Shown piece after piece: positions 39,480 to 53,200 of a stretch of 64,000 nucleotides of DNA (position 1 is its first letter; each line of letters starts with the position of its first letter). The position numbers and the translations under genes are program-made. The stretch spans positions 10,912,001-10,976,000 of the forward strand of contig OZ241834.1 of the NCBI GenBank assembly GCA_965202585.1, in the 5' to 3' direction. Origin of the DNA: Thalia democratica (Eukaryota). The notes beneath the pieces were generated by a model. The model saw only the letters and a program-made list of their open reading frames with translations. It was not told the origin of the DNA and ran no database searches.

Positions 39480-42400
39480 TTAACTTTTTCAGAAAATAAG
39501 ATGTTTTGTGTGGACTACAAAAGGAATATTGATGAAAATGTTGCAGTTACTGTAATCCAAGTTTTTATCTTACACAATTTAAAACTTTTGATTATTTTTT
39601 TAAATATCAGTAAAATATTAAATCTATTAGTAAAGTATATGAATATACAGCTTAGCATATAAGTTTAATGTACTTAAGCAAAAAGTTGACTATTAAACTT
39701 CTCGAATAAAAAAAGGAAAATGTAACTGATATTATACATATCAATCAAATTTGGCTATTAAAATAAGTAGTAAAATGGGTATCAAAGAAATGCAAAAGGT
39801 ATAAAAATCTTGAAGGTTTTAACATTATCAATCATATGTACTACAAATGATATAAAAAAATATACTTGAAGTAAAAACAAGGTAAAAGTAAAAACTCCTT
39901 ACGATGTTTCTGAATTATCAACATCTGATACTAAATATGTACTTGAAGTAGAAATTAAGATTCTTTTTAAATTTCAAAAAACAGCATTAAATGAATAGGA
40001 GTTTATAAGAAAAGAGATCAGTTCTGATAAAGGTATTGTTCAAGTTAAAATCTTCGAAATTCCAAAAGATCAGTTGTTGAGTAAAGAGAATGCATGTAAA
40101 GTTTTTTGCTCATACCTTTGTAAAAAATTTTAAAAAGTAAAAAGGTCTCGAAAAAAAAGAAAATCATAAGAAACTTTAGTTGCGTGGAAGGCTTAATAAA
40201 ATTGACGATATTACAAAAAGCATTAAAAATATACCGGCCTGTTATTCTAAAGCAATTATGCCGTGTGCAAGTATAACTCAGAAGAAACGTGTTTCATAAT
40301 ACTAAAAACCTTTAGATGTTAAACAATATTTAAGTAATTTTTAGTTTTAGATACATTAAGTAAAATCTTTACTAAGTACAAGCTTGAAGTTAATTTATAT
40401 TTACAACAATTCTTCATAAGAGTTCGGTTAACGATTACTAATAGTTCCTTTGCATGTTAAAACTTTTAAACAGCTAATTAAATGCAATTTACAACTAAAG
40501 TCAAAGACACAGTTATCGAAAGCTGTGAGAAAAACAATTTCCAGCAAAATTCTTTAAAAAAAAGCTACATTACAAATATCGCTAAAACTTGAAATATTAA
40601 AATCAGATAAGAAAAAAACTTTATGTATTCTAAAATAAGTTTTACAGCTATAACCACAATGTAAACCTTTTCGAAAAAGAAGCATCAATCAGAAAGCTTC
40701 ACACAAAATGTTGTGATAGAAGCTCCAAGTTAGAATGTGATAAAAAAAGTTATTTTGTGCCAGAACAAGAAAGATTAAACAAGCAGCTGACAAATTAAAC
40801 CGATGTAAAAAATTGCGGTCAAATTAACTTTAAAAACAAGGTCAATATGCATTGTTAGCACCATAAGCTTAGAGCAAGGAAACCCAACAACAATTGAGTC
40901 CTGAATACAAGTCAAAAAAAATCTCTAGAATCCTCAAATTTAAAGAAATATTAAATCCAAAATCTAAAAAAAGGAAATATCAAAATGGTGTGAAGTATTT
41001 TGAAAAAAAATATGCAAGCTGGAAGAAAAAACTAACATCATGCTTGCAAAGACACGTAAAAAATAATTACTTGGTATTTTTTTTACTTAATTAAAGAAAA
41101 ATCTAATAATAAACTGAAAATCATTAGGAATCGATCCTTTTCTAAGTAATTGTACAAACTTAAATTATTTCTAAAATTAAGAAAAGCAATAAGTTTTTAG
41201 TATTTTTTATTGCAAAAAAAAGTGTATCAGAATTTATTGAACACGATAAAGAAATCGAAGCACAAAAGTTTTGTCAGAGTAGGTGATGTATAAAAATGCC
41301 TTTCTGCTGTAGAGCTACACACCATACAAAATATAAAAGTTTCAAAACCATAAAACTATTTTGTTGAAGTTTTTGGCAACGTTAATTATCTATAAAAAAA
41401 CAGTTTTCTAAACGTTAATTGGACTACTGTACGAAAGGTTTGTACATCATCATAACATAAATAATATATTAATATATTTAGCACATTAGTTTTCTTAATC
41501 TATACGAAATTTAAATAAAACACTTTATTTATTTGTAATTTTAAATAAATATTATTCTACAGTTATACAAAAAGACTGTTTGGTATTGAATAGTACAAAA
41601 CTTTTAGTTAAGCTAAATATTTCTTGAAGAATAAAGACTTCAAAGTGTTAATGTCTGTTTTCATTAAAATAAACTAAGTCAGGAAAAATATTTTGTGTGG
41701 ACTACTAAAGAATACTGAAAGAAAACGCACTAGCTATTGTACACCAAGTTTTAATTTATACCACTTTAAAACTTTTGATGTAAAAATAAGTAAAATATGA
41801 AATCAAATGACTATACAACTTATCAAACAAGTTTAATGTACTTGAGCAAAAAAATTTCTATTGAAATTTTTCAATAAAAAAGAAATGTGCAACTGATATT
41901 TCACATATCAATCAAATTTGACTATTTAAATAAGTACTAAGATGGGTATCAAAGAAATGCAAAAGGTATAAAAACCTTGCAAGGTATTGATAATATCAAT
42001 ATTAAGTACTACAAATGCAATAAAAAATATACGTGAAGTAGAAATAAAGATATGGTAAAAATTCCTAGCGATATTTTTAAACTATCTACATCTGATACTA
42101 TAATTGTACTTGAAGTAGAAATAAAGACTCTTTGAAAATTACAGAAAACATCATCAAATGAATGACAGTTTATAAGTAATAAGATCAGTTATGATAAAGA
42201 TATTGTTGAAGTTAAAATCTTCGAAGTTCCAAAAGATCAGTTGTTGAGTTATGAGAATGTGTGCAAAGTTACTTCCATACAAAATCATTCAAGTTTTGAG
42301 AAGAAAAAAGGCCTTGAACAAAAAGAAAGTCACAAAGAACTTTTGTTGTGTGGAAGACTTAATAAAGGTTACAATGGTACAAAAAGTGTTATATGGTGAA

Positions 42401-43630
42401 ATTTAAAGTGTACCGGCTTTTCTAAAGCAATTATGCCATACACAAGTACAACTCAGAAGAAACGTGTTTCATTGTACAAAAAACCTTTCGAAAATCAACA
42501 ACAACAATCTGAGTTAACTAAAGCTGTTTTTTAATTTTTATATCATTAAATAAAACCTTTACCAAGTACAAGCTTTAAGTTTATTTATGTTCTTTACTTA
42601 CAACAACCCTTTATGTGAGTTCAGTTTGTTGTATATTGTTTATTGAACGACAAAGAAAGCGCTCAAAATAGTTGGTCCTAGGACCTAGTGCACGAAAAAA
42701 TCGTTCGGTTATCGAGTCGTACACCACTTGGATACAGTTTAACATCTTTTCCACAACATTGTTACTATTTTTATTTTTTAGTAACTACAACTTATATACA
42801 ATACAGGTAAAAAAACGTTTAAACAGCTAATATAAGTACAATTTACTGCTAAAATCCTAGGCACAATTATTTAAAGCTGCGAAAAAAACGATTCCTAGCA
42901 AACCTGTTAAAATAAGAAAGAAAATCTAAAGAGAACGCGTTTAAACATATGGCTAAAACTTGAAGTATTAAAACCAGGCAAGGAAACAACTTGAAGTATT
43001 TAAAAACTTTGAAAATTAACTTTTTCAGTTATAACCACAAAGTAAACCCTTTCGAAAAAGAAACATCAATCGAAAAATGCCACACAAATGATTGTAAAAG
43101 AAGTTATGAGATTGAATGTGATAAGAAATAAAAGGTGTCAGTTTGCGCCAGAACTGGAAAAATTTAACAAGCAACTGACAAATTATAAAAAAGTGTGGTA
43201 AAGCTTAATTACTTAAACAACCTTTTAAAAAAGGTCTATATGCTTTAGTAGCATCATAAGTGAAAAAAAGCAAGGAAACACAACAATACTTGAATTTATA
43301 AAATTAGTCAAAAAAATTTCACCAGATTCCTCAAACTAAATAACTACTAAATCCAAACATCCAATAGAAGGAAATATCAAAGTTGTCTGAATTACTTTCA
43401 AATAGAATATGCAAGCTGGAAGAAGAAAAGCAAAAAACCGTTGAAACTAAAAAGCAAAGTCAAAGTACCTGGTGTACAAAGAGAACTTTCGGTGGTCGAG
43501 CTACACACCACGTAAAATAAAAGAGTTTTAGAAACAAAAAAATTGCTGAACTTTAGTTTTTGAACAAGACTAACTATCAGTAAAAACAGCTTGTTTTTTA
43601 ATTTGGAATTGGAATACTTTACGAAAGGTT
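39480..43630 (+). repeat. Tandem duplication (~2.2 kb period) of a decayed coding sequence
   Basis: Collinear blocks at ~39480-41440 and ~41670-43630, e.g. ttttgtgtggactac, gggtatcaaagaaatgcaaaaggtataaaaa, ccaaaagatcagttgttgagt, ctcagaagaaacgtgtttcat, tatgcaagctggaagaa, gagctacacacca. Confidence 0.88.
42639..42758 (-). repeat. Structured SINE-like repeat, copy E, inserted in the second duplication unit
   Basis: Reverse complement gtatccaagtggtgtacgactcgataaccgaacgattttttcgtgcactaggtcctaggaccaactattttgagcgctttctttgtcgttcaataaa. Absent from the matching site in unit 1 (~40430); possible attgtt TSD. Confidence 0.8.
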
Positions 43631-46600
43631 AAGTTGTGCTTTAATGCTATTGAAACTAGTTTTCATTCTAAAGTTGTTTAGAGTTTTATTTTCCCCAAGT
43701 TTTTTCTAAACCAGTTTATTTCCGTATCAATAAAATTATTAGTTCATTAAAACTTTATTAAGGACATTCACAGTTAAATAGTTGACTGTGTCCTGGACTG
43801 GTTTAAGCACTTTTTTTATACTTCTTGTCTGTTCTTATCAAGTGATAAACAAATAGATAAAGGTAAAATTACATTTTAGATAACGAGTATGTTAATTTGT
43901 GCTTATGGTATTATGACGTTTCAATTACTAAAGGTTTTATAATTAAACAACGTATCTTAGCTAGCTTAATATAAACAAAAAAAAAAGTAAATATATTTAA
44001 CTATTATTTTTAAAACCGTATCACATATGTTTTTAAAAATATATTGTATTAATCAAAACCGGCATACACTAATAAATAGCATCCGCTAAATAAAAAATAA
44101 AATTGTTCTGTAGAAAAAAAAGACTTCACATTGAAGACTTATAAAATAATGTGTTATGTTATTGTTTTGTTTCCTCTTAATACGTGTTTTTCATGACAAG
44201 ATTAAAAATTATCAAACTTAACTTTGTGTACAGTGTACACGATTTATGAGTTTGAAGAAAGTTAATAAACCATATTCCCATCTTCTTTATTTGAAAGACT
44301 TTGGGTCGAGCTTAGTCAGCCTTATTTAATACAGTAAGTTATTTATATTGCAAACGATTATAAACTAAGCGTATAATTTTCTTTGTACTAATTCGGTTTT
44401 CTTAATATTTATTTAAGTAAGGGCGATCAAATTGGAGTGCCAAATTCTGAATAGTAAGTGCATTTGCTATAAATAGTTTTGTCGGAGTGATAAAAGTGTC
44501 ACTTAAAAATCCTATTAATATCTGATTAAGATGAAACTGATTTAATTTTGTATAAAAATTTATACGGTAGTTCAACTTTTAAATTTTCAGTTGATAATTG
44601 ATCGGCACCCATTTTTTTTATGATAAGTTTCTGTAACATAAAAATAAAAATTCGACAAAATAATTATTAGTTGTACATAGTCTCAAATTTATTCTTTAAT
44701 ATTTCACCTGGAACTAAGAGCAGTCTTAAGTTCAACTACCAAAGCAAATTTGTTTCGAAATGATACAACAGAAACTTATGAAACTAGATTAGTTTTCTTT
44801 GAAGTAGTTAACTTTTTTTTAGTAGTTATAATTTTAAACAACTAGAAGTTTTTCCGAAGTTTAGTCAGCTATTATGCTGCAACTCATAAAAACAAATAAA
44901 TAATATTTACTACTTTATCAAAATGATATGAAGTTACTTAAAATAACTATATTTGAAAACTATCAACAACATTAAATAAATAAATAACTTTATTCAAATT
45001 AGAACTTAACACCTAAAAATCAATTTATAAAATACTTTTATTTTATAAATAAAATTTTCACACATGTGAAATAAAGGTCCTTGTCTTATGTAATCAACAA
45101 CATAAAATGCATAATTTTCTGTTGTTGATTCAATTTAAGATCATTTACTAGAACTATTGATTTTTAACAGTTTTAAACAACAAAACCTTTTGTAATTAAC
45201 CTTTAGTATAGTTGATTTAATATATACAGCTTCGTTTACCCTTTTTAATTGTTAATAGCTATATTAGGCAACGCAGTTCCTAGTGCTAGTTATCTATTGA
45301 CTGGTATTGAGTCTAAATCTAGTAGTTATATGAACTATCTTACCTATAAATTGAAAACTAAATAAATGGTTGGTCTTGAGTCTCTTTTGCTAACAGCATT
45401 TGTTTTTTGTTAACTTAAATTTTAAGCTATATTTATTTGCTTCTAAAAATAACCTTGTCTTCTGCTTTACCTAAGCAATTTATGAGAAAAAGAAATTGGT
45501 TGGGCAGCACTTTAGGCAAAAAATTCAAAAACACTTTCATATTTGTTGCGAAAATATTAAACTGACTTCGCATTCTATTTGAGGTTGACATTTTCAAAAT
45601 TTATTTGTATACTAATTAAAAGACTTTAAAAATATAGTTATAAAACAAGATTTTTACTGTCTACTAGAAAATAAAAACTTTTTTTTTGGAAAAAGTTTAT
45701 TGACACATAAATTGAAAGAACACAAAATTACTCACAGATTCTTGGGTCGTAAATACAAGATGTACAAATGTTTCAGTCAAAATGAAACAGAATGATGCTT
45801 TAAGGATCTTTATGACACAAAAAAAAGAAAATATTAATACCAAGCCCACACCTGACATCTATACAAAACAAATATTAAGTATTGTTTTTCAACCTATACT
45901 TCATCAAAAGTTATAATCTAAACCTAATGAAGTATTTTTCTAAAGCAGTGTATTTTAAAAAGTCCACAGTATTTTGAAAATAAAGTAGACTACTGTATGC
46001 AAAATTTTTAATGGGCAGTTTAAGTACATCTTAAATAAGTAATCCTTTTTTTATTATTTCACTTTCGAAATATATGTTCAAATTTTTTATAACGTATATA
46101 GTTATTTGTTTTAACTAAAAAATATTGCTCAATTTACTGAAATAAAAAGAGCTTATTTAATCAAAGCAGTTTACTATTGTATTATACTTAAAAAGGTAGC
46201 AATTTTTTGCCACCGAAACCTGGTAGTAAAAAAAATATTTAACTTGCACATCTTTATTTAAAACAAGTTATAAAAAATATTTTTTGAACGAAAAAAAAAT
46301 AATAATAGAAGATATTTTAAACGAAGCTGGTACTTAATTACGTAGAATGCAGTGAATTTTCTGGTGATTCATTGCCCATGGCTTTTAACAAAAACAACTG
46401 TTCTATAGAGCTACTTACTAGAACTTTTATCCCAGAAATTTATCCTCAAAAGTAATTCATAGAATTTTCTGAAAGCCATAAAACGCTTGCGTTAATGAAC
46501 TGTTTTGCGCGGTCGTTTTTAAAAGTTTTTCAAGGCGTTGAATAATGTTCAATTTCCTTACCGTTTCTAAACTTATAAGAGATGAAATTTCTTATTTATT

Positions 46601-47280
46601 TCCAACTTTACGAGTGCAGTATAAAAATATTTGAGTGCAGCTTTAAAAAGATCAAGAAATTTGAAAATAATGATTTCAAAAGATTTAAAAAGGGAATAAA
46701 TGTAAATTGGTACAAAATTTAATACTCATACAAAACCAATTATCTAAGTGCAAAAATAATAAACATTTACAATACATTAATTTTTAGCACACATGAACAG
46801 TTGAAAAACATGTATAACTACAAACTTTGTTCAAGGAAATTGACAGTCTTATAAATTAAAAAAAAAAAAAAACATACACGATCTAAAAACAAACGTTATA
46901 AATTCAATTTTCAATAAAGCACAAAAATATTGCAAATACAATGATTATAATTTCAAATGGATTATTAAAATAAAAAGGTTATAAAACAACTAAAAAACAT
47001 AAAGGCTTTTCTACTACAGAATTTAAAATTGCTTTACCTTCAATTGTTAGCTTTTGCTAAAAATATATCATTTTATAAGTAAATTAATCTACATTCTACC
47101 CACTACGATATGATTCTTTTTTGATGACAATGAAAGATTTGGAACGCGCAAACTCTAAACATGATTTATGGAGAAAAGTATTTCGGTAATGTGTGATCTT
47201 GAAACTTAAACCAAACAGCGACATAAAAATCCACTGATAACCGCTACAAACACTTAAAACAAACAATTTTTACTTCAGGT

Positions 47281-50200
47281 TCACTCGTGTACGGTAATTC
47301 CCTCATTCCTTATCACAGTTACTTCTCGCATTTCGAGAGACTGAAAAAAAACGTTCATTTTTTTGTACATTGTTAGAAATTCTAAAACAAATTTCTGGTG
47401 TTTATATTTTTAGTTATTCGCATCATGTCAATATGTTATGTCAAAACATTGCAAAAAACTTCATAAAAAAATAAAAAGCTGCAAAATAGCAATTTTCCAA
47501 AACGTGTTTTTCGACACTCTTGCAAGTTCTTTTGAATAAAAACATAAAACAACAAAGTTTGTCTTTTTTTAAATGTAAACAAAAAGTAATCAAAACAAAC
47601 TTGGTGTTCCTGCAGTTCAGTGGAGTCGGCGTTGGCGTGCAAATTTTCACCGTCCGACTCGACGTTCTGTGCGAAATACGAGCATTACAATCACCACTCA
47701 TTAATAATTCACCGCCAAGCATACTCAACTCTCAACAAGGTGATATCAGTTTTTTCAAACACTAATATTGTTAGGTGAAACTCATTTGCGATTGTTTATT
47801 TTTAAAAAATTGCATAACGCCAAGATGACAGACTTACATGTACTTATAAAACCTTAAAATTTCTATATCGTAGATGCAACTTTAAGAAAATCATATAAAC
47901 TTGCACAAGTTAATCCTCACAAAAGTATATTTAACTTTTAACGCATTTGAAAGAAAACAAAAGTTTTAAGGTTTTATAATCTACAAAACTTCACTTGAAA
48001 ATTATAAAATTGTATGAGGTTTAATAAATTTTTTTTGAACAGTCTAAGTAGTTTATATCATCATCGCTACTAGATTTTTTTTAATTATTTCAAGGCAATA
48101 AGAAAACCTAAATTACAAAACAGTATGATGTTTTAATTATCCGGCACTGCAGTTGTTAACGATCATAACTGTTTAGAGACCTGTACGATTATTTTCATAT
48201 AGTATTTATAGAAAACCCTCACAACATAACTATCTTCAAATTATGTTTAGTTTAGGAATTAAAAAATGCAGTCGGAATTAATCCTAAAATTGTCAAGTCA
48301 TAAATTAAGTAAAAACACTTAGAGTCACTTATAAATTATTATACTGACTTCTTAAATTTTTCTTCTTTTTACTGTAAATGAAAAAATCTTTAATGTTTTA
48401 TACTTAAAAACCATAAGGCATTCAAAAAATACTTTTTGTTATTTTATATGAAAAATCACTTCAAACAGTATTGAATAAAGGGTGTTCGTATAGTTAATAT
48501 AGAAATTATTTTGTATCATTTAGAATAACTAGTTAATTTAACTTTATATACGTTTATGATATTTAGAATATTTTTTTGCATTAAAAACAAAAATATAATT
48601 AAATTACAATTTAAATAAAATAATAACATTTCAATGGTGACAAACTAAAAACATAACACAGGGTTGCCAAAGGATTTAGAGAAATTTCTTCCACGTTTTC
48701 AAAAGTTTTAGTAGTTTTCAAAAGTTTTCAAAACTTTTATTAGAAAATTAAATCTAAGGTAAAAACAGTCTTAATTAGTATAACTGTAACGCATACTAGT
48801 GCTTACGGGTTAGATAAAGGAGGATATGTGTGGTTACCGGTTACAGAAGATTATATTAATATAAAAAGCACATTAAATTTATATTTTATTTACAAGCTGG
48901 AAGACACAAAGAATAAATGTATACTACAGAGAGCTAGACTAAAAATAATAACAGGGTTGCCAAAAATCAAGCTGAGAAAAAATTCCTAACTTTTCCTGAC
49001 TTTTTACTAAAATTTTCCTGACTTTTCTAAACCAAACTCTTAGTCTAAACTTATTCTAAAATACATAATCAAACACTTGAAACTATATAAAGCTTTAACT
49101 CTTATTTTTATACAGGTTAAAACAACTGTTTTTTGCCGAATTCAATCATTATGTTAATAGATAAATTTTGAAGTTTTATAAAACATATTTTGTTAATTTT
49201 TACCAGATGAAGGCATTGGAAATTAAGTAATTTTGTAAATTTCTAGGAAAATTTTACAACTTTAGTCTGACTTTAAAGGACTTTTAATTAATTTTTTACC
49301 AATTGAGGCTTTGAAAATAAAGAATTTTGTAAATTTGAACTGACAGAATCTGACGTTTTTCAAATCTTGTCTAATTTGCTGACTTTTTTTCAAACCCCCA
49401 TTTTTCCTGACATTTCCTAACTTTTGACATTTTTTTAGTTTTTCCTGGCTTTGCCTGGTTTTTCTGACCTTGAGGTAGCCCTGTAATAACAACATACAAT
49501 ATACAGCTTAATAAACTAGTAAGCACATACTTAAAACTTAAGAGCCAACTTATTAAGCCGAATTATTAAGCTTACAACACACCACCTGACTCTCGTTCAC
49601 TTTCAAAACGTTTTTATATAGAAAGAAAAGAAATGATCTATTTTCTTACGTACAAACTTATTTATTATACTAACAGTAACTCATATCCGTCTAAGAAACT
49701 TTAAAGACGCAAATAAAAACGTAGACAAAACGCATTATTTTACTACCGTCTAAAATAAAATGCGCTTTTCTATTACATATTTCCGCTATTATTTTAGTTT
49801 TTACTTTTTCAACTTATAAAATCAGAGTCGCTTATGCGCTACATTACAACATTAAAATTGTATTGTAAAGCTACTTTAAATGTGTTTTATAATAAAATAA
49901 AGATTTAATAAAAACTAAAAATAATCATCTATATGTCAGATTTTTTGGGTCAAATCAAAAATTTATAACTTAACACGTAATTTTTTTTATAACTCCAGGT
50001 TTTTTTAGTGATTTTTGTAAAAAATTCGAGGTTTTTGTTTCCAAATTTCTAAAGTTTAGGTTTTTTCAGTCTAAATTGTTAAGTTCCAGGTTTTTCCATG
50101 ATTCCAGGTTTTTTTGGCAACCCTAATATCTAGCAAAAAAAAAACAATTAGTAAAAACAATTTTTCAACTTTAGCTAAATACTTTATTACCTAGTTTAGT

Positions 50201-53200
50201 TCTGAACTCTTTACTAGTAAACCAAACCTACACCTTTACTATTCAGATAAGGTTAAGAAAAAAACTAAATAAAATCAAATATATATATATATATATTTAG
50301 AAAAATACAACACTTTAAAAAACAAACTGTTTTGAAATACTAACAACTTGGGAGCTGACAGTAGCGATGGGCGAGAATATGTTCTGTTTGCAAAGTGGAC
50401 ACGAATGGTGCGACAGAAGCCACGGATCAACACAGCTCTTGTGGTACGAATGCCTAGATAAGTGCTTTGTTCGTAACTTACACTTTTAGGTATACTTAGG
50501 TTTATTATTCAACAATATTCAATATAAATAAACAATTTTATGCTTATAAAATATAAATTATATGTTGTTTTAAATATAGCACTTTTTTAATACAATTTAC
50601 TCAAAATTAATTAGGATAATAAATGAAATTACTAAAGTTCAGCTCAGAGCTCGTATTGAAACTCGTTTCATGAACTTCTTTGTCTAACTATAATAATAAC
50701 AACTACTTAAGCTTAAAACAATATTGAAATTAAGCTTCTTTTTTAATCTACTAAAACTATCTGATAGGTATTTAAAACGACAAGCATTGTTTGTTTCAAA
50801 TATCAAATGGTTAACTAAACACTTAGCCTAAGGTGTCTAAAAAACAATTTTGAAACAAGCAAGTGCTGTATTCTAATTGTCACTCACACTAAACGTTTTT
50901 TTTACTGTATCAAACTTCACATCAGCTCTTAATTTAAAAAAAAAGTTACTTCACAATACTTCAAACACTCAGCTCACTTGCACACCAGCTGCCTGATGCT
51001 CTGCCCCTGAACGAAGTCTTCGAGGCAGATCACGCACGACTTGTGCAGCATGGAGTCTTCCTTCTGGATGGTGAACGAGTGGATTGAATTCACCGTTTTC
51101 TTCGCAGTCTTCTGCCTCTGTTTGTAAAAAAAATGTCTTATGCATTTGAAATGGCGGCTTGCAGTGCTTTAAAAAACTCAAGAAGTTTAGGTGTTGTGTT
51201 TTGTAGACACCCTGTACTTTAGTTTTTAATTAGTTAAGCTAAGATTTTCAACAACACAAACAGAGTTCGTTTAAAAATATTTGTTTTTAAGCGTTAAAGG
51301 TTTAAAATACTATAAAACTATATATATATATGTACTAATACAGCACTATGTTCTACTAATACAAATGTTTCACTGTTCTGTTGGACAGAACAGCTCTTCA
51401 GTTAGTTTATTACAATAGTATCTTAAAACATAAATCAAGATGTCCATGAAATTTACAAATAAACTTTAAGGATTGTTATGTCACTAAATAAATCATTAAA
51501 AAATATAAGACACACTAAGTTTGCATATTTATTCAAAATTATTAAAAATAAAAGCTAGAAAAATGTTTAAAAATTTTTAAAAGTTCACTTCGTGTATCTA
51601 AAGCTACATTTGAGTTTAATTTTGAGATCTCGTGTTTTTCCATATTGCAGAGAGTGCAGCCATGTTTTAAATTGAAGCTGTTTTTTGTTCGTACTAAAAT
51701 CTTCATTTCTATCTATAAAATCCTAAATATATTTCAAAAGCGTAGTTTTTAGTCTGTATTTACTGCTGCTAAAAGAACATTTATGCCGTGTGTACCTTCT
51801 TTTAAACGCTAAACCTGATGACCCACAACATACTGTTTACTTTTAATTTTAATAATTTTGTTATTACCATCGCTCTATAGATGACAATTGTTAATAAACT
51901 ATTGCCATCCACCATGCATTTATCTCTGCAGCTGCGTTGCTTTCTTACCCACCTTCTAACATTTTGTGATTATGAGACAATATCTAGCTCTTCATATTTG
52001 GGATACAGGAGTTCAAAATTTTCATTTGTTGAAAATATTATGGTACGGCTGCGTTGGGCAAAAGTTTCGGCAAACAATTTCCAGGAAGCTTTTACCGGTT
52101 TTTGTCTCTACCGACAAACAAAATGGCGGCGTGAAATACAGGATGTTTTTCAATTTCTTTTTGGTGTTTTTATCTTTACCAGCGTTATAACTCGTGTTTG
52201 TGACCTCATTTTATTAATGCTTTCTGGTAGTGCTCTTTCGCTTTATTAAAGAGAGTTTTCATCCTTAGATATTGTGGTCAACTTTTTGTTGATGGATTTA
52301 GGTACTTGGTTGACAACATACCGAGGGTGGTTTGATTGAACATTGACATATGTCTCTTGAAAGTTTAGTTTTCTTAATGGTGCATAAGTGTCATTGCGAA
52401 AGTCTAGCTCTTCATCCAGAAAAATTAGTTCTTACAAGTTTGGAATCTATAGTTATTTTTAAGTTAAATCTGTTGAACACCTTTCTAAGTATTTTTAAAA
52501 GCTGCTCAATAATTTGACTTGCTTTATTTTCTACATTCGCTAAGCCATCATCTCTATAAATTCCAAACTTGTTCTGCTCAAAGATATTTTCCTTCTCAAT
52601 TTCATACAGTATACGCAGCTCTACTAGTCCGCATACTTCTGCACCATGAAAACATCCCTGCAGTATATCAAAACCATAAGCCATATCGTTCTTCGACCAC
52701 GCACAATTATTATAAACAATGACTGATTTGCAGCAGTGAACTACTGTGTAAATTTCGTTGTGCAATAGTTTTTAGCTAATGCTAGTGCTTCTAGCAGCGT
52801 ATTTCTAGAAATACTTGGGTATAAGTCTTTGACATCAAACTTAATGAATCTATGCTTTTGTTTTTTTTTAATATAGTTGAACCAGTTAATAACGGATTTT
52901 TTCATTGGTTTAACTTCATAACATACCTCATTCTATTAATCAACCTATCTAAAATTTTCTAAGCCACTTGACCAATACTTTTATAGGCGGGTTTATTACT
53001 CTTAACTTAGGTTTACTAGCAAATCCAGGTTTATGATCTTTTAAAGTTAAAAATGCATCTTTTTGTTGTAATTTTGGATTTTTACCGGAAATTGAAGTTA
53101 CTTATAATTTATGAGCTTCTTTATTAATTATTTCTACTGCGTTGCTATCGCATTTTTTGTAGTTTGCTGTTATGTTTTCTTCTAGTAGTTTTTTGAAATA

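Noticed and set aside
47441-47765. ORFs 47441-47728(-) and 47520-47765(+) as separate genes
   Set aside because: A 66-nt phase-0 exon (47601-47666) of the E3 ligase with good splice sites explains the GC-rich core.
50630-50685. Possible degenerate hammerhead/PLE terminal remnant (minus strand gaagttcatgaaacgagtttcaatacgagctctgag)
   Set aside because: Has GAAAC but no CUGAnGA core or stem I; cannot be supported.
50969-51181. 70-aa ORF in the track
   Set aside because: Wrong frame; the shifted frame encodes the first half of the RING-H2 finger.
51881-52722. Plus-strand ORFs over the PLE relic
   Set aside because: Antisense to the decayed RT/GIY-YIG frame.
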